From: an uncultured bacterium
Lineage (GTDB): Bacteria; Armatimonadota; HRBIN16
Assembly: GCA_938027655.1 (NCBI GenBank)
Contig: CALJAP010000085.1
Span: forward strand, 1 to 62,709
Length of the DNA stretch: 62,709 bases
Direction: 5' to 3'
A program made the position numbers and the translations under genes. Below the pieces are notes generated by a model. It ran no database searches and was not told the DNA's origin. It saw only the letters and a list, made by a program, of their open reading frames with translations. Shown here in pieces: positions 45,781-54,901 of the stretch; position 1 is the first letter of the stretch; every line of letters begins with the position of its first letter.

Positions 45781-45837
45781 ATTATATCACATCCCCTGTG
45801 AAAAAGGGAACAGAGGATAGAAGAGTGGCTCTTTCTG

Positions 45838-45867
45838 TTGACAATCTCCTGTTTAAACCTGTACAAT
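45838..45867 (+). promoter_or_regulatory. sigma70-type promoter for the DUF2905-queA operon
   Basis: TTGACA-N18-TACAAT. Confidence 0.65.
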
Positions 45868-45891
45868 TTGCACGCAGGAGGATGAGAACAG

Positions 45892-46128
45892 ATGCTGGCA
45901 TCGTTTGGCAAAGGGTTGATTCTTCTCGGTGTGATGCTTGTCCTGCTCGGTGCGCTCATGTGGGCGATGGAGCGGTTCACCGGCGCACGGGGCGGTGGTT
46001 TGTTGCCCGGCGACCTCGTGTGGCGTAAAGGCAACTTCACTATCGGCATCTTTCTGGGAACCAGCATCGCCCTCAGCATCCTGCTAACGGTTATTCTCTG
46101 GGTGATTGGATGGTTGAGCAGACGATAG
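45892..46128 (+). CDS. DUF2905 family small membrane protein
   Basis: GKGLILLG...LPGDLVW.KGNFT...LGTSIALSILLT. Typical position upstream of queA. Confidence 0.85.
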   Translation: MLASFGKGLILLGVMLVLLGALMWAMERFTGARGGGLLPGDLVWRKGNFTIGIFLGTSIALSILLTVILWVIGWLSRR

Positions 46129-47144
46129 AAGAGGCAGTACGGCTGCTGGAAGAGTACCGTTACGACCTGCCGGAAGAGCGCATCGCGCAACAGCCGGTGG
46201 AGCCGCGCGATAGCTCGCGCTTGCTGGTGCTGCACCGTGACGCCGGCAGCCGCGAGCACCGCATCTTCCGCGACATTGTGCAATATCTCCACCCGGGCGA
46301 TACACTGGTACTGAACAACACGCGCGTGAGCGCGCGTCGCCTACGCGGTTTCAAGAGTACCGGCGCACAGGTAGAGGCATTGCTGCTGCGCGAGGTTCAA
46401 CCGGGTGTGTGGGAAGCGATTGTGCGCCCGGGCAGGCGATTGCTGGTGGGCAGTCAGGTGCTTCTGGAGGGACACCTGAGGGCGGAAGTGATTGCCTGTC
46501 TGCCACAGGGGATGCGCTTGCTACGCTTTGAGCACCCTCAGTTGGTACATCACCAGCCGCTGGGCGAGATACCGTTGCCCCCTTACATCCGGCACAAGCT
46601 GGAGAACGAGGAGCGTTATCAGACGGTATACGCAGCGGTTAACGGCTCGGCGGCAGCTCCGACAGCAGGGCTACATTTCACCCCGGAACTGCTACAACGC
46701 ATCCGCGAGATGGGCGTGCGTATCGTGACCATCACCCTGCACGTGGGTATCGCCACCTTCCGCCATCCCGAGCCAGAGCAGCTGGTGCAGGGACGCCTGC
46801 ACCCGGAGTGGTACACCATCTCCGAAGAAGCTGCCGAAGTCATCAACAGTACGCCCGGGCGTATCGTGGCGGTGGGCACAACCTGTGTGCGTGCGCTGGA
46901 GAGCGCGGCGTCAGGCGAACGGCGGGTAGAGGCACGGCACGGCAGCACCGACCTGTTCATTCTGCCGGGCTTCCGGTTCCGGGTTGTGGAAGCGCTCGTG
47001 ACGAACTTTCACCTGCCTGCTTCCACGCCGCTCTTGCTCACCTGCGCCTTCGCAGGCAAAGAAAGAGTTTTCGAAGCCTATCGCGAAGCGTTGGCGATGG
47101 GCTACCGATTCCTGAGTTTTGGAGACGCCATGCTGATACTTTAG
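46110..47144 (+). CDS. queA: S-adenosylmethionine:tRNA ribosyltransferase-isomerase
   Basis: LPEERIAQQP, PLPPYI, RYQTVYA, AAPTAGLHFT, TNFHLP, YRFLSFGDAM. Confidence 0.97.
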   Translation: MVEQTIEEAVRLLEEYRYDLPEERIAQQPVEPRDSSRLLVLHRDAGSREHRIFRDIVQYLHPGDTLVLNNTRVSARRLRGFKSTGAQVEALLLREVQPGVWEAIVRPGRRLLVGSQVLLEGHLRAEVIACLPQGMRLLRFEHPQLVHHQPLGEIPLPPYIRHKLENEERYQTVYAAVNGSAAAPTAGLHFTPELLQRIREMGVRIVTITLHVGIATFRHPEPEQLVQGRLHPEWYTISEEAAEVINSTPGRIVAVGTTCVRALESAASGERRVEARHGSTDLFILPGFRFRVVEALVTNFHLPASTPLLLTCAFAGKERVFEAYREALAMGYRFLSFGDAMLIL

Positions 47145-47156
47145 GGGGATTGCACC

Positions 47157-48050
47157 GTGAGAACGTTAGAGGACTGGTTCAAATATCTGGAACAGCAGTA
47201 CGTGGACGAGAAAGCGCAAAAGGAGTCTGGGCCACCACAAGAGCAAACGCCGCAGAGACAGCAACCGGCGCAACCAGAGCCGATGACCAGCCGGGTGACA
47301 GCACCTTCTGTTCAGGAACAGAGGCAGCAGGAGGTACCCAAAGGGCGTCCGTCTGCTGTGCCGCCCTCACTGGAGCAGGTGCAGGTGGTGAACGTATCCG
47401 TGCCCGACCCTGCGGATTATATCTTCACACTGCGCCGCCCGACGAGCGAGCCTGCCACGCCTGCAGATGCCGAAGAGGAGACGAAGCGGGAAAAGCGCAC
47501 GGAGGCAGTATCGGAGGCAAAACAACCTGATGAGCAGATGGCGACGCCGGCAGAGCCGGAGCAGGTAACGTCTCCTGCCGCGGAGTCGATTGCCGAAGAG
47601 ACACCACCTGAGGAGGCTCCATCCGAAGCCGTCGTCGGGCAAACAGAACGTGCTCAGCGTGCAAAGCCCGTAAAACGTGCTCCTTATACCCGCAGCGTGC
47701 GTCCGGTTCCACCGCCTCAGTCTATTGAAGACCTCTGGAAACGTGTGCCGAAGCATGTGCGCCTGCTGGTGGAACTCGGCGATGACGAGGTGACGCAAAA
47801 GTACTACGACCGACAGTTTAAGGAGAGCCGACAGGAGCTGGTGGAACGCCTGCTGAACCCGTCGCTGACGCTGGAGGATACCGCCCGCCTGCTGGGGGTG
47901 TGTCCGACGACGGTGCGCCGCTACACCGAGCGCGGGCTGCTGAACCACTATCGCACGCCCGGCAACCAGAGGCGGTTCCGCCTGTCCGACGTTATCGCCT
48001 TCCTGGAGGCGAGGCAGCAAGCGCAGGAAGCCCGACGACGAAAGCGGTAA
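47157..48050 (+). CDS. MerR/excisionase-type HTH protein with long disordered N-terminal region
   Basis: C-terminal LTLEDTARLLGVCPTTVRRYTERGLL..YRTPGNQRRFRLSDV. About 170-aa E/P/Q/A-rich linker. Confidence 0.85.
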   Translation: MRTLEDWFKYLEQQYVDEKAQKESGPPQEQTPQRQQPAQPEPMTSRVTAPSVQEQRQQEVPKGRPSAVPPSLEQVQVVNVSVPDPADYIFTLRRPTSEPATPADAEEETKREKRTEAVSEAKQPDEQMATPAEPEQVTSPAAESIAEETPPEEAPSEAVVGQTERAQRAKPVKRAPYTRSVRPVPPPQSIEDLWKRVPKHVRLLVELGDDEVTQKYYDRQFKESRQELVERLLNPSLTLEDTARLLGVCPTTVRRYTERGLLNHYRTPGNQRRFRLSDVIAFLEARQQAQEARRRKR

Positions 48051-48056
48051 GGCACG

Positions 48057-49226
48057 GTGCATATCGCTATCTTCTCCGAGTCGTATCCGCCTGTTACCAA
48101 CGGGGTGGCGGTATCCGTCAGCACCCTGCGCCGCGAGCTGTTGCAAAAGGGGCATCGTGTGACGGTGGTCACCGTACGTCACATACAGGCTTCCCCGCAG
48201 GAAGAGGACGTCATCCGAGTGCCCGCGTTCACTTGGCCGTTTGCTCCCGATTATCCCTTACCCCAACCGCGCCCTCTGCCCCAACTGCATCGTTTCTTTC
48301 GGGAGAACCGCGTGGACGTGATTCATACACAAATCCCGTTCCTGCTGGGGGTCGTCGGCTTGCGGATGGGCAGGCGATATGGGATACCGGTTGTGGCGCA
48401 CTATCACACATTATACGATCGCTATCTGCACTACGCGCCTATTGCCCCTCAAGGAGCGCTTCGCGCCCTGCTATGGTGGCACCTGCGACGGTTCTACCGA
48501 CGCGCACAGGTGACGATTGTACCTTCGCGTTTCGCCGGTCAGTATCTGCGGCGATTTGGGGTACAATCTCGTGCCGTAGAGGTCATCCCGACGGGCGTGG
48601 GGTTTCATCCGCTCACGGTGGAACGCGAAGAGGCGAGGGCGCGCTACGGTTTGCCCCCGGAGAGTCCGATACTGGTATATGCAGGCAGGCTGGCTCGGGA
48701 AAAGAACCTGAGCCTGCTGCTGGAGATGCTTCCGCTGGTGCAGCGCGAGGTGCCGAAGGTTTTGCTGTGGCTGGTAGGCAGCGGCAATGCAGCAGAGGCA
48801 ATCCAGAGGGCTGTCCAGCATCGTGGTCTATCGGCAACGGTGCGCCTGCAGGGCAGGGTTCCACACGAGCACATCAGCGCGGTGTATATGGCAGCGGACC
48901 TGTTCGTCTTCCCGTCGGTCACCGAGACGCAGGGGCTGGTGCTGTGGGAGGCGCAGGCACATGGCTTGCCCTGTGTGGTGGTGAACGAAGGTGGTGCGCC
49001 GGAGTCGGTGCGCGACGGTGTGGATGGATTGCTAGTGCCGAACGAAGCAGAAGCGTTTGCGCAGGCGGTAGTCCGTTTGTTGAAAGACGATGCCCTTCGC
49101 CAACGGATGAGCCAGAACGCCCTGTGCTCGCCGCGGCTGACGCCGGGCGAAATGGCGGACAGAGTGCTGGAAGTGTATCGGCGGTTGCTAATGCACCCGC
49201 GCGTGAACGAGAAAACAGGAGGTTGA
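48057..49226 (+). CDS. GT4 glycosyltransferase (glycolipid synthase-like)
   Basis: SESYPPVTNGV, YHT, GRLAREKN, ETQGLVLWEA. Confidence 0.9.
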   Translation: MHIAIFSESYPPVTNGVAVSVSTLRRELLQKGHRVTVVTVRHIQASPQEEDVIRVPAFTWPFAPDYPLPQPRPLPQLHRFFRENRVDVIHTQIPFLLGVVGLRMGRRYGIPVVAHYHTLYDRYLHYAPIAPQGALRALLWWHLRRFYRRAQVTIVPSRFAGQYLRRFGVQSRAVEVIPTGVGFHPLTVEREEARARYGLPPESPILVYAGRLAREKNLSLLLEMLPLVQREVPKVLLWLVGSGNAAEAIQRAVQHRGLSATVRLQGRVPHEHISAVYMAADLFVFPSVTETQGLVLWEAQAHGLPCVVVNEGGAPESVRDGVDGLLVPNEAEAFAQAVVRLLKDDALRQRMSQNALCSPRLTPGEMADRVLEVYRRLLMHPRVNEKTGG

Positions 49227-49227
49227 G

Positions 49228-49863
49228 TTGGTAGATAGCATCCTGAAGCCCATCGCCGAATGGGTAATCAGCGTCATCTCCTCGATGGGGTATCCGGGCA
49301 TTGTGCTCCTGATGGCAATAGAGAGCGCGTGTATCCCGCTCCCCAGTGAGATCATCATGCCTTTCTCGGGGTATCTGGTCTACACCGGGCGATTTGACCT
49401 ACACGCGGCATCCCTCGCAGGCGCGCTGGGTTGCGCCGTCGGTTCGGCAGCCGCTTACTGGGTGGGTATCTGGGGCGGTAGACCGTTCTTAGAGAAGTAC
49501 GGTCGTTACGTGTTGATTCGGCGCAAGGACCTGGACGCCGCCGACCGTTTCTTCGAGCGGTGGGGGATGTGGGCGGTGTTTATTGCCAGACTACTGCCCA
49601 TCATCCGCACGTTCATTTCCCTGCCGGCGGGCATCAGCCGGATGCCGTTTATTCCGTTTCTGGTGCTCTCTTTCGTGGGATCGGTGCCGTGGTGCTACCT
49701 GCTGGCGTATGTGGGCAAAGTGCTGGGTGAGAACTGGCAAAGCATTCGGAACTACTTCCATGGGGCGGATATGGTCGTTGGCATCGCGCTGGTAGTCGGC
49801 TTCGCCTTCTGGCTGTGGCATCACCTGAAGCCCGAGCCGGTGGAGACTGGAGCTGGAAAGTAG
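49228..49863 (+). CDS. DedA family membrane protein
   Basis: LMAIESACIPLPSEIIMPFSG, ARLLPIIRTFISLPAG. Confidence 0.93.
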   Translation: MVDSILKPIAEWVISVISSMGYPGIVLLMAIESACIPLPSEIIMPFSGYLVYTGRFDLHAASLAGALGCAVGSAAAYWVGIWGGRPFLEKYGRYVLIRRKDLDAADRFFERWGMWAVFIARLLPIIRTFISLPAGISRMPFIPFLVLSFVGSVPWCYLLAYVGKVLGENWQSIRNYFHGADMVVGIALVVGFAFWLWHHLKPEPVETGAGK

Positions 49864-49872
49864 TATCGCAAA

Positions 49873-49901
49873 TTGACGCGCATATGACCTGCTGTTATAA
49901 T
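49873..49901 (+). promoter_or_regulatory. sigma70-type promoter
   Basis: TTGACG-N17-TATAAT upstream of the Uma2-wzm-wzt genes. Confidence 0.7.
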
Positions 49902-49920
49902 AAGCAGAGGGGTGGTGAGC

Positions 49921-50532
49921 ATGGGATTACCGCAGGCAGCAGAAACCGGACGCAGGAAAATGACTTTTGAGCAGTTTCTGGATGCACTGGACGAAGACAT
50001 CCGAGCCGAGCGGATAGATGGAGAGGTGGTAACTTTGAGCCCAGCAAGTGCGCTGCGTGAAAGTGTCGGAGGATTCTTGTACTTACTGCTGCGAGCGTAC
50101 GTGGAGCAGAAAGGTTTGGGACGTGTTCTTATCGCGCCGTCTGTCATGCGACTGCCCAAATCGAACAGGGGTCGCGAGCCGGATATCCTGTTCGTGAAGC
50201 GGGAGAATCTCGCGCGTCTAAAGGACACCTATCCGGATGGAGCGGCTGACCTGGTGGTGGAAATCACCTCCGCGGAGAGCCGGTTGCGAGACAGAGGCGA
50301 AAAGTACACAGAGTACGAATTGGAAGGGGTCCCCGAATACTGGACCATCGCCCCAGAGGAAAAGAGGGTAGATTTCTTCGTCCTGAGCGCAAGAGGGTTG
50401 TATGAACGCCATCGGGAAGACGCTCAGGGAGTCTATCTCAGCCAGGCAATATCGGGGCTGGCACTGCCTGTGCATTGGTTATGGGAGTGCCCCCCGCTGG
50501 TAGAAGCGATACGGAAGCTGGGGCGGGTCTAA
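49921..50532 (+). CDS. Uma2 family putative endonuclease
   Basis: E.IDG, REPDILFV, ADLVVEITS, DRGEK...GVPEYW. Confidence 0.88.
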   Translation: MGLPQAAETGRRKMTFEQFLDALDEDIRAERIDGEVVTLSPASALRESVGGFLYLLLRAYVEQKGLGRVLIAPSVMRLPKSNRGREPDILFVKRENLARLKDTYPDGAADLVVEITSAESRLRDRGEKYTEYELEGVPEYWTIAPEEKRVDFFVLSARGLYERHREDAQGVYLSQAISGLALPVHWLWECPPLVEAIRKLGRV

Positions 50533-50547
50533 ACCGTTCACGTGCCC

Positions 50548-51405
50548 ATGTGGAACGAGCTGCGTGAGCTATACCGCTATCGTGAACTGCTCTGGACGCT
50601 GGTTCTGCGCGAGCTACGCGTGCGCTATAAGAACTCCTATCTGGGCTTCTTCTGGTCATTGATTGTCCCTCTCGTGACGGTTGCGGTACTCACCATCGTT
50701 TTCAAGCGCGTGATGGGCATGGTCATCCCGAACTACTCGGCATATGTGCTGGCAGCGTTTTTACCCTGGATGTACTTCCAGACGGCGTTACTGGATTCAT
50801 CGCAGTCGGTGCTGGCTCAGATACAGCTGGTCAAGAAGGTATACTTTCCGCGTGAGGTGTTGCCTCTGGCGGCGGTGCTGGCGAACCTGATCCACTTTGT
50901 GCTTGCGTTGCTGGTGTTCTTTGTCTACCTGCTGGGTTACGTGGGTGCGCCGCTGTTGCCCAGCGTCGTGCTGTTGCCCGTGCTGGTATTCTTCCAGACG
51001 TTGTTGATTGCAGGGCTGAGCTTGATTATCTCCTGCCTCAACGTGTTCTACGAGGATACCAAATATATCGTCAGCATCGGTTTGCAGCTGATGTTTTATC
51101 TGGTGCCGGTTATCTACTTTTCCGAGCAGGTCTATCATGCGCAGCTCGCCTCGCCCGAGTGGCAGCGCTGGATATATCTGGTGTATCATCTGAATCCTAT
51201 CGCCATGCTGATGACCGCCTATCGCAAGATTCTGCTGCCTCCCATTACCGTCCAGCAGATAGGAGCGGTGCAGAAGCAAACGTTCGCCTCTCTACCGATG
51301 GACTGGGGGTTGCTGGCGGTAGCGTGTGGTGTTTCGGTGCTTATCTTCGTGCTGGGTTACGCCTTCTTCAACAAACGCAAGTGGGATTTTGCGGAGCAGC
51401 CATGA
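50548..51405 (+). CDS. ABC-2 polysaccharide export permease (Wzm-like)
   Basis: RELRVRYKNSYLGFFWS, KKVYFPRE, LNP, FAE end. Confidence 0.92.
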   Translation: MWNELRELYRYRELLWTLVLRELRVRYKNSYLGFFWSLIVPLVTVAVLTIVFKRVMGMVIPNYSAYVLAAFLPWMYFQTALLDSSQSVLAQIQLVKKVYFPREVLPLAAVLANLIHFVLALLVFFVYLLGYVGAPLLPSVVLLPVLVFFQTLLIAGLSLIISCLNVFYEDTKYIVSIGLQLMFYLVPVIYFSEQVYHAQLASPEWQRWIYLVYHLNPIAMLMTAYRKILLPPITVQQIGAVQKQTFASLPMDWGLLAVACGVSVLIFVLGYAFFNKRKWDFAEQP

Positions 51406-52160
51406 AAGATACCGCTATTTTACTGGAACACGTGTCCAAGAGCTATCGTCTATCTCATCAGCCGTACTCATCGCTGAAGGGTATTTTGCTGTCGATGTTC
51501 CGGTATCGGCGGCGGATTGAGGTGCACCAGGCGTTAAACGATGTGAGCTTGACCATCCGGCACGGCGAGACGGTGGGCTTAATCGGTGTGAACGGCAGCG
51601 GCAAATCCACCCTGTTGGCGATTATCGCACGGGTCATCCGCCCCAACGCGGGCAGGATTGAGGTAAATGGGCGAGTCGCACCGCTATTGCAGCTGGGCGT
51701 CGGTTTTCATCCCGACCTGACAGGGCTGGAAAATGTGTATTTTAACGGCATCATTCTGGGGTTGACACGCCAGCAGATTGCCGAGAGACTGCCCTCTATC
51801 GTCCGATTTGCGGAACTAGAAGAGTTCATCGACACGCCGGTACGCGCCTACTCGTCGGGGATGGTGCTCCGGTTGGGCTTTGCGGTGGCGGTGCATACCG
51901 ACCCAGAGATTATCTTGATGGACGAGGTGCTGGCAGTGGGCGATGAAGCATTCCAGCATAAATGCTTGCGAAAAATACAGGAATTCCAACATGAAGGGAG
52001 AACAATCCTATTGGTATCACATGACATGAATCAGGTACGCCAGGTGGCTACGCGCACCGTGTGGTTGCACCAGGGACGTGTGATGGCTGATGGTGCACCC
52101 GAAGAGGTGGTAACACAATACCTGGCATTTACTGAGGAGATGGAAAGGCGAGCGATATAG
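51402..52160 (+). CDS. Polysaccharide export ABC ATPase (Wzt-like, no C-terminal carbohydrate-binding domain)
   Basis: Start ATG 51402. GVNGSGKST, YSSGM..RLGF, DEVLAVGD..FQ.KC. 252 aa. Confidence 0.92.
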   Translation: MKDTAILLEHVSKSYRLSHQPYSSLKGILLSMFRYRRRIEVHQALNDVSLTIRHGETVGLIGVNGSGKSTLLAIIARVIRPNAGRIEVNGRVAPLLQLGVGFHPDLTGLENVYFNGIILGLTRQQIAERLPSIVRFAELEEFIDTPVRAYSSGMVLRLGFAVAVHTDPEIILMDEVLAVGDEAFQHKCLRKIQEFQHEGRTILLVSHDMNQVRQVATRTVWLHQGRVMADGAPEEVVTQYLAFTEEMERRAI

Positions 52161-52188
52161 TAAAGACCCGTGTTTGCATTGCCGATAC
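52161..52188 (+). promoter_or_regulatory. Candidate sigma28 (FliA/SigD) promoter
   Basis: TAAA-N16-GCCGATAC in the 67-nt gap upstream of the kinase. Consensus is TAAA-N15/16-GCCGATA. Confidence 0.55.
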
Positions 52189-52227
52189 CACAGTGTGCAC
52201 CGTTCAGAAATAAGAAGGCTGATTGCG

Positions 52228-54873
52228 ATGGACAACCATTCGTATACTGTCGAGACGCATTACGCTTTTATCCAGCGGCTACTTCATCAGATTGCATCGC
52301 GCACGGCGGACGCGGTGAGTGAGGCGCTGCTGGCGGAGGCTCAACAGTACTTTGTCGCCGTGCAGGCAGCGTTGTGGACGGTAGACGCCAGTACACACCA
52401 GGCGGTGCTGGTGAGCGTTGCGCCTTACCCCTTCTCCGACGACCACCTGCCCTTCGATGTGCTCATGGAGGCGGTGACAAAAGCAGCAAAAAAGGACGGT
52501 CCCTGTTGCGTCGAGCTGGGTGAACGGTATGGGTGGTTGCATTCTTTCAAGATAGAGCCTTACCGCGCGGTGTACGTGGTTAGCCTTGTCACCGAGGAGC
52601 CTTTGCCGGAATGCTTGCAGGAGGTGCTGCAGACATGGCTCATTCTTCTGCGCACCTCGGTTGCGCAGCTGCAGGCGCAGGCTCACCTCCGCCGGGTGCA
52701 AAAGCACAACGATAAGCGTCTGCAGGAGGTCACCGCGCTCTACGAGATCGGGCAGGCGATGGAGGGTGGCGACCTGCAGGTTCTGCTGGACATGATTACC
52801 CGCAAAGCGGCAGAGGTCATGGAAGCACAGGCGTGCTCGCTGATGCTTCTGGATGAGGACGGTCAAACGCTGGTCATTCGCTCCAGCTACGGCTTACCTA
52901 ATACGGTTATCGAGCAAACGCGCGTGCCGTGGGGACAGGGGATTGCGGGCAGGGTGGTCGCCAGCGGTCAAGCCATGTTGATTACCGACCCGCGTAAAGA
53001 CCCTCGCCTCGCCGGTGAAGACGTGCCGTACCGCGAGGACATCCAGGCGTCGCTCTGTGTGCCGTTGCGGGACAGCCATGGCGGGGTAATTGGGGTACTG
53101 AATATCCATCGGCGCAAGCCTGCTCCACTCTTTACCCAGCAGGATATGCGCCTGTTTAGCGTGTTCGCCATGCAGGCGGCGTCCGTTATCAAGTACGCAC
53201 AGATCCGCCGTGCCCTCATGTATCGGGTGCATGAGCTTTCGGTACTCTCCGAACTGAGCGCGGCGGTAAACTCCACGCTGGAGCTGGAACAGATACTGCA
53301 GCAAACCGCAGAGGGCATTGTGGAAACCGTGCGGTTCGACCGCTGCGCGATATTTCTGCTGGACGAGTCGGGTAAGCTGGTAACGCCCCGCGCGGTGCGT
53401 GGTTATCGCCCCGAAACACTGGGTAGCACGCCGGTTCGCGTGGCGGACGGCGTCATCGGGTTAGCGGTACGCAATAAGGAGCTGGTGCTGGTAGAGAACG
53501 CCCAGCAATCCAGCCAGCCCGCGCGAGGGTTTGGCAGGATGCTGGGCACCAATGCGTTTCTGGTCGCGCCCATTCTGGCACGCAACCGCGTAATTGGAGT
53601 GGTGGTTGCCGACAACAAACCCTCCGGGCGCCCTATTGACCGTGCTAATATCCAGCTGCTCACCACCTTCATCAACCAGGCGGGCATGGCTATCGAGAAC
53701 GCCCGTCTGTATCACGACCTGGACCGGCGATTTAACGAACTGCATAACCTGTGGGAGTACACGCGCAACCTGCTCAGCAGCATTGGTGTGGGCGTTGTGA
53801 GCATCGATAGAGAGGAGATTGTACTGACCTGGAACGATGCCGCCGAACGCATCACCACTGTACCTCACGAGAAAGCGCTGGGATACAAACTGGAGGACCT
53901 GTTTGCCCACTTTTTCCTGCCGGAAGAAGAGAAGAACATGCTTCTGGAGATTATCCGCTTCCCCTTCCAGACGGGCGAAAGACACTCGCGTTTCAAATGT
54001 GCTCTGCATCCCTATCAGCGCGGTGAGATGTACTTCAATTTTGAAAGTTCTCCCCTGCGTGCTCCCAACGGTTCCGTTCAGGGTGTGGTGTTTATTTTTG
54101 AAGACATCACGCACGAAGTGCGGATGGAGATGGAGGTGCAGCGCATCGGGCAGCTGGCAGCGGTTGGGCAGCTCGCCTCTACCATCGCCCACGAGTTGCG
54201 CAACCCGCTCAGCTCCATCCGTGCTTCCGCCCAGCACCTGCGCGGCGAATACGCCAGCAACCCCGAGCTGTGTGAGTTTCTGGACATTATCATCAACGAG
54301 GTGGATGTGCTGAACACCAAAGCCACCGAGTTCCTGCGGTTCGCCCGTCCTGTGGAACCGGTATTCCAGGAGGTGAACCTGTCCGACCTGATGAGCAGTA
54401 CCGTCCAGTTCATGCACTCCTATATCGAGGAGCAGGGGGTGCAGGTGGAGGTGGACGTTTCCGTGCCGTTTACCATCAAGGCGGACCCAAACCAGCTGAA
54501 AGAAGCTCTTCGCAATCTGATTATCAACGCGGTGCAAGCCATGCCGGAAGGTGGAACCTTGTCGCTTATCGCCACACCCGCCCCAGGCGACACGGTAAAT
54601 ATTATCGTCAAGGACACGGGAGTTGGGATACCGCCCGAAAATATGGACCGTATCTTTACGCCGTTTTACACTACCAAAGCCAAAGGGTCGGGGCTGGGGC
54701 TGGCAAACGTCCAGAAGATTGTGGAAAGCCACGGCGGTACTATTCGCGTGCACAGCCGGGTGGGTGAAGGAACCGAGATGCGTATCACTCTGCCGGTGCA
54801 CCCGGTGCGTCGCATCCGCCGCATTGAGCTGGGAGACGATGACAATCTGCGCACCAGAATACCAGACCTCTAA
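52228..54873 (+). CDS. Cytoplasmic GAF-GAF-PAS sensor histidine kinase (NtrB/AtoS-like)
   Basis: Two GAF repeats, PAS (WNDAAERIT), H-box AHELRNPL, N/G/F boxes NLIINAVQA, DTGVGI, FTPFYTTK, GSGLGL. No obvious TM helix. Confidence 0.92.
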   Translation: MDNHSYTVETHYAFIQRLLHQIASRTADAVSEALLAEAQQYFVAVQAALWTVDASTHQAVLVSVAPYPFSDDHLPFDVLMEAVTKAAKKDGPCCVELGERYGWLHSFKIEPYRAVYVVSLVTEEPLPECLQEVLQTWLILLRTSVAQLQAQAHLRRVQKHNDKRLQEVTALYEIGQAMEGGDLQVLLDMITRKAAEVMEAQACSLMLLDEDGQTLVIRSSYGLPNTVIEQTRVPWGQGIAGRVVASGQAMLITDPRKDPRLAGEDVPYREDIQASLCVPLRDSHGGVIGVLNIHRRKPAPLFTQQDMRLFSVFAMQAASVIKYAQIRRALMYRVHELSVLSELSAAVNSTLELEQILQQTAEGIVETVRFDRCAIFLLDESGKLVTPRAVRGYRPETLGSTPVRVADGVIGLAVRNKELVLVENAQQSSQPARGFGRMLGTNAFLVAPILARNRVIGVVVADNKPSGRPIDRANIQLLTTFINQAGMAIENARLYHDLDRRFNELHNLWEYTRNLLSSIGVGVVSIDREEIVLTWNDAAERITTVPHEKALGYKLEDLFAHFFLPEEEKNMLLEIIRFPFQTGERHSRFKCALHPYQRGEMYFNFESSPLRAPNGSVQGVVFIFEDITHEVRMEMEVQRIGQLAAVGQLASTIAHELRNPLSSIRASAQHLRGEYASNPELCEFLDIIINEVDVLNTKATEFLRFARPVEPVFQEVNLSDLMSSTVQFMHSYIEEQGVQVEVDVSVPFTIKADPNQLKEALRNLIINAVQAMPEGGTLSLIATPAPGDTVNIIVKDTGVGIPPENMDRIFTPFYTTKAKGSGLGLANVQKIVESHGGTIRVHSRVGEGTEMRITLPVHPVRRIRRIELGDDDNLRTRIPDL

Positions 54874-54901
54874 AGACTCAGAGGCAGGCTTGAAGGGGGG
54901 T

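Noticed and set aside
44592-46292. 566-aa version of the VIT1 gene, and other N-terminally over-extended ORFs (7949, 22413, 24210, 26130, 54623 starts)
   Set aside because: The extensions overlap neighbouring genes or promoters, and internal starts with clear RBS fit the family domain boundaries.
53461-54801. 446-aa minus-strand ORF and similar long antisense or alternate-frame ORFs (31951-33207, 47900-49234, 24981-26093)
   Set aside because: They overlap well-supported genes and show no motifs or RBS.
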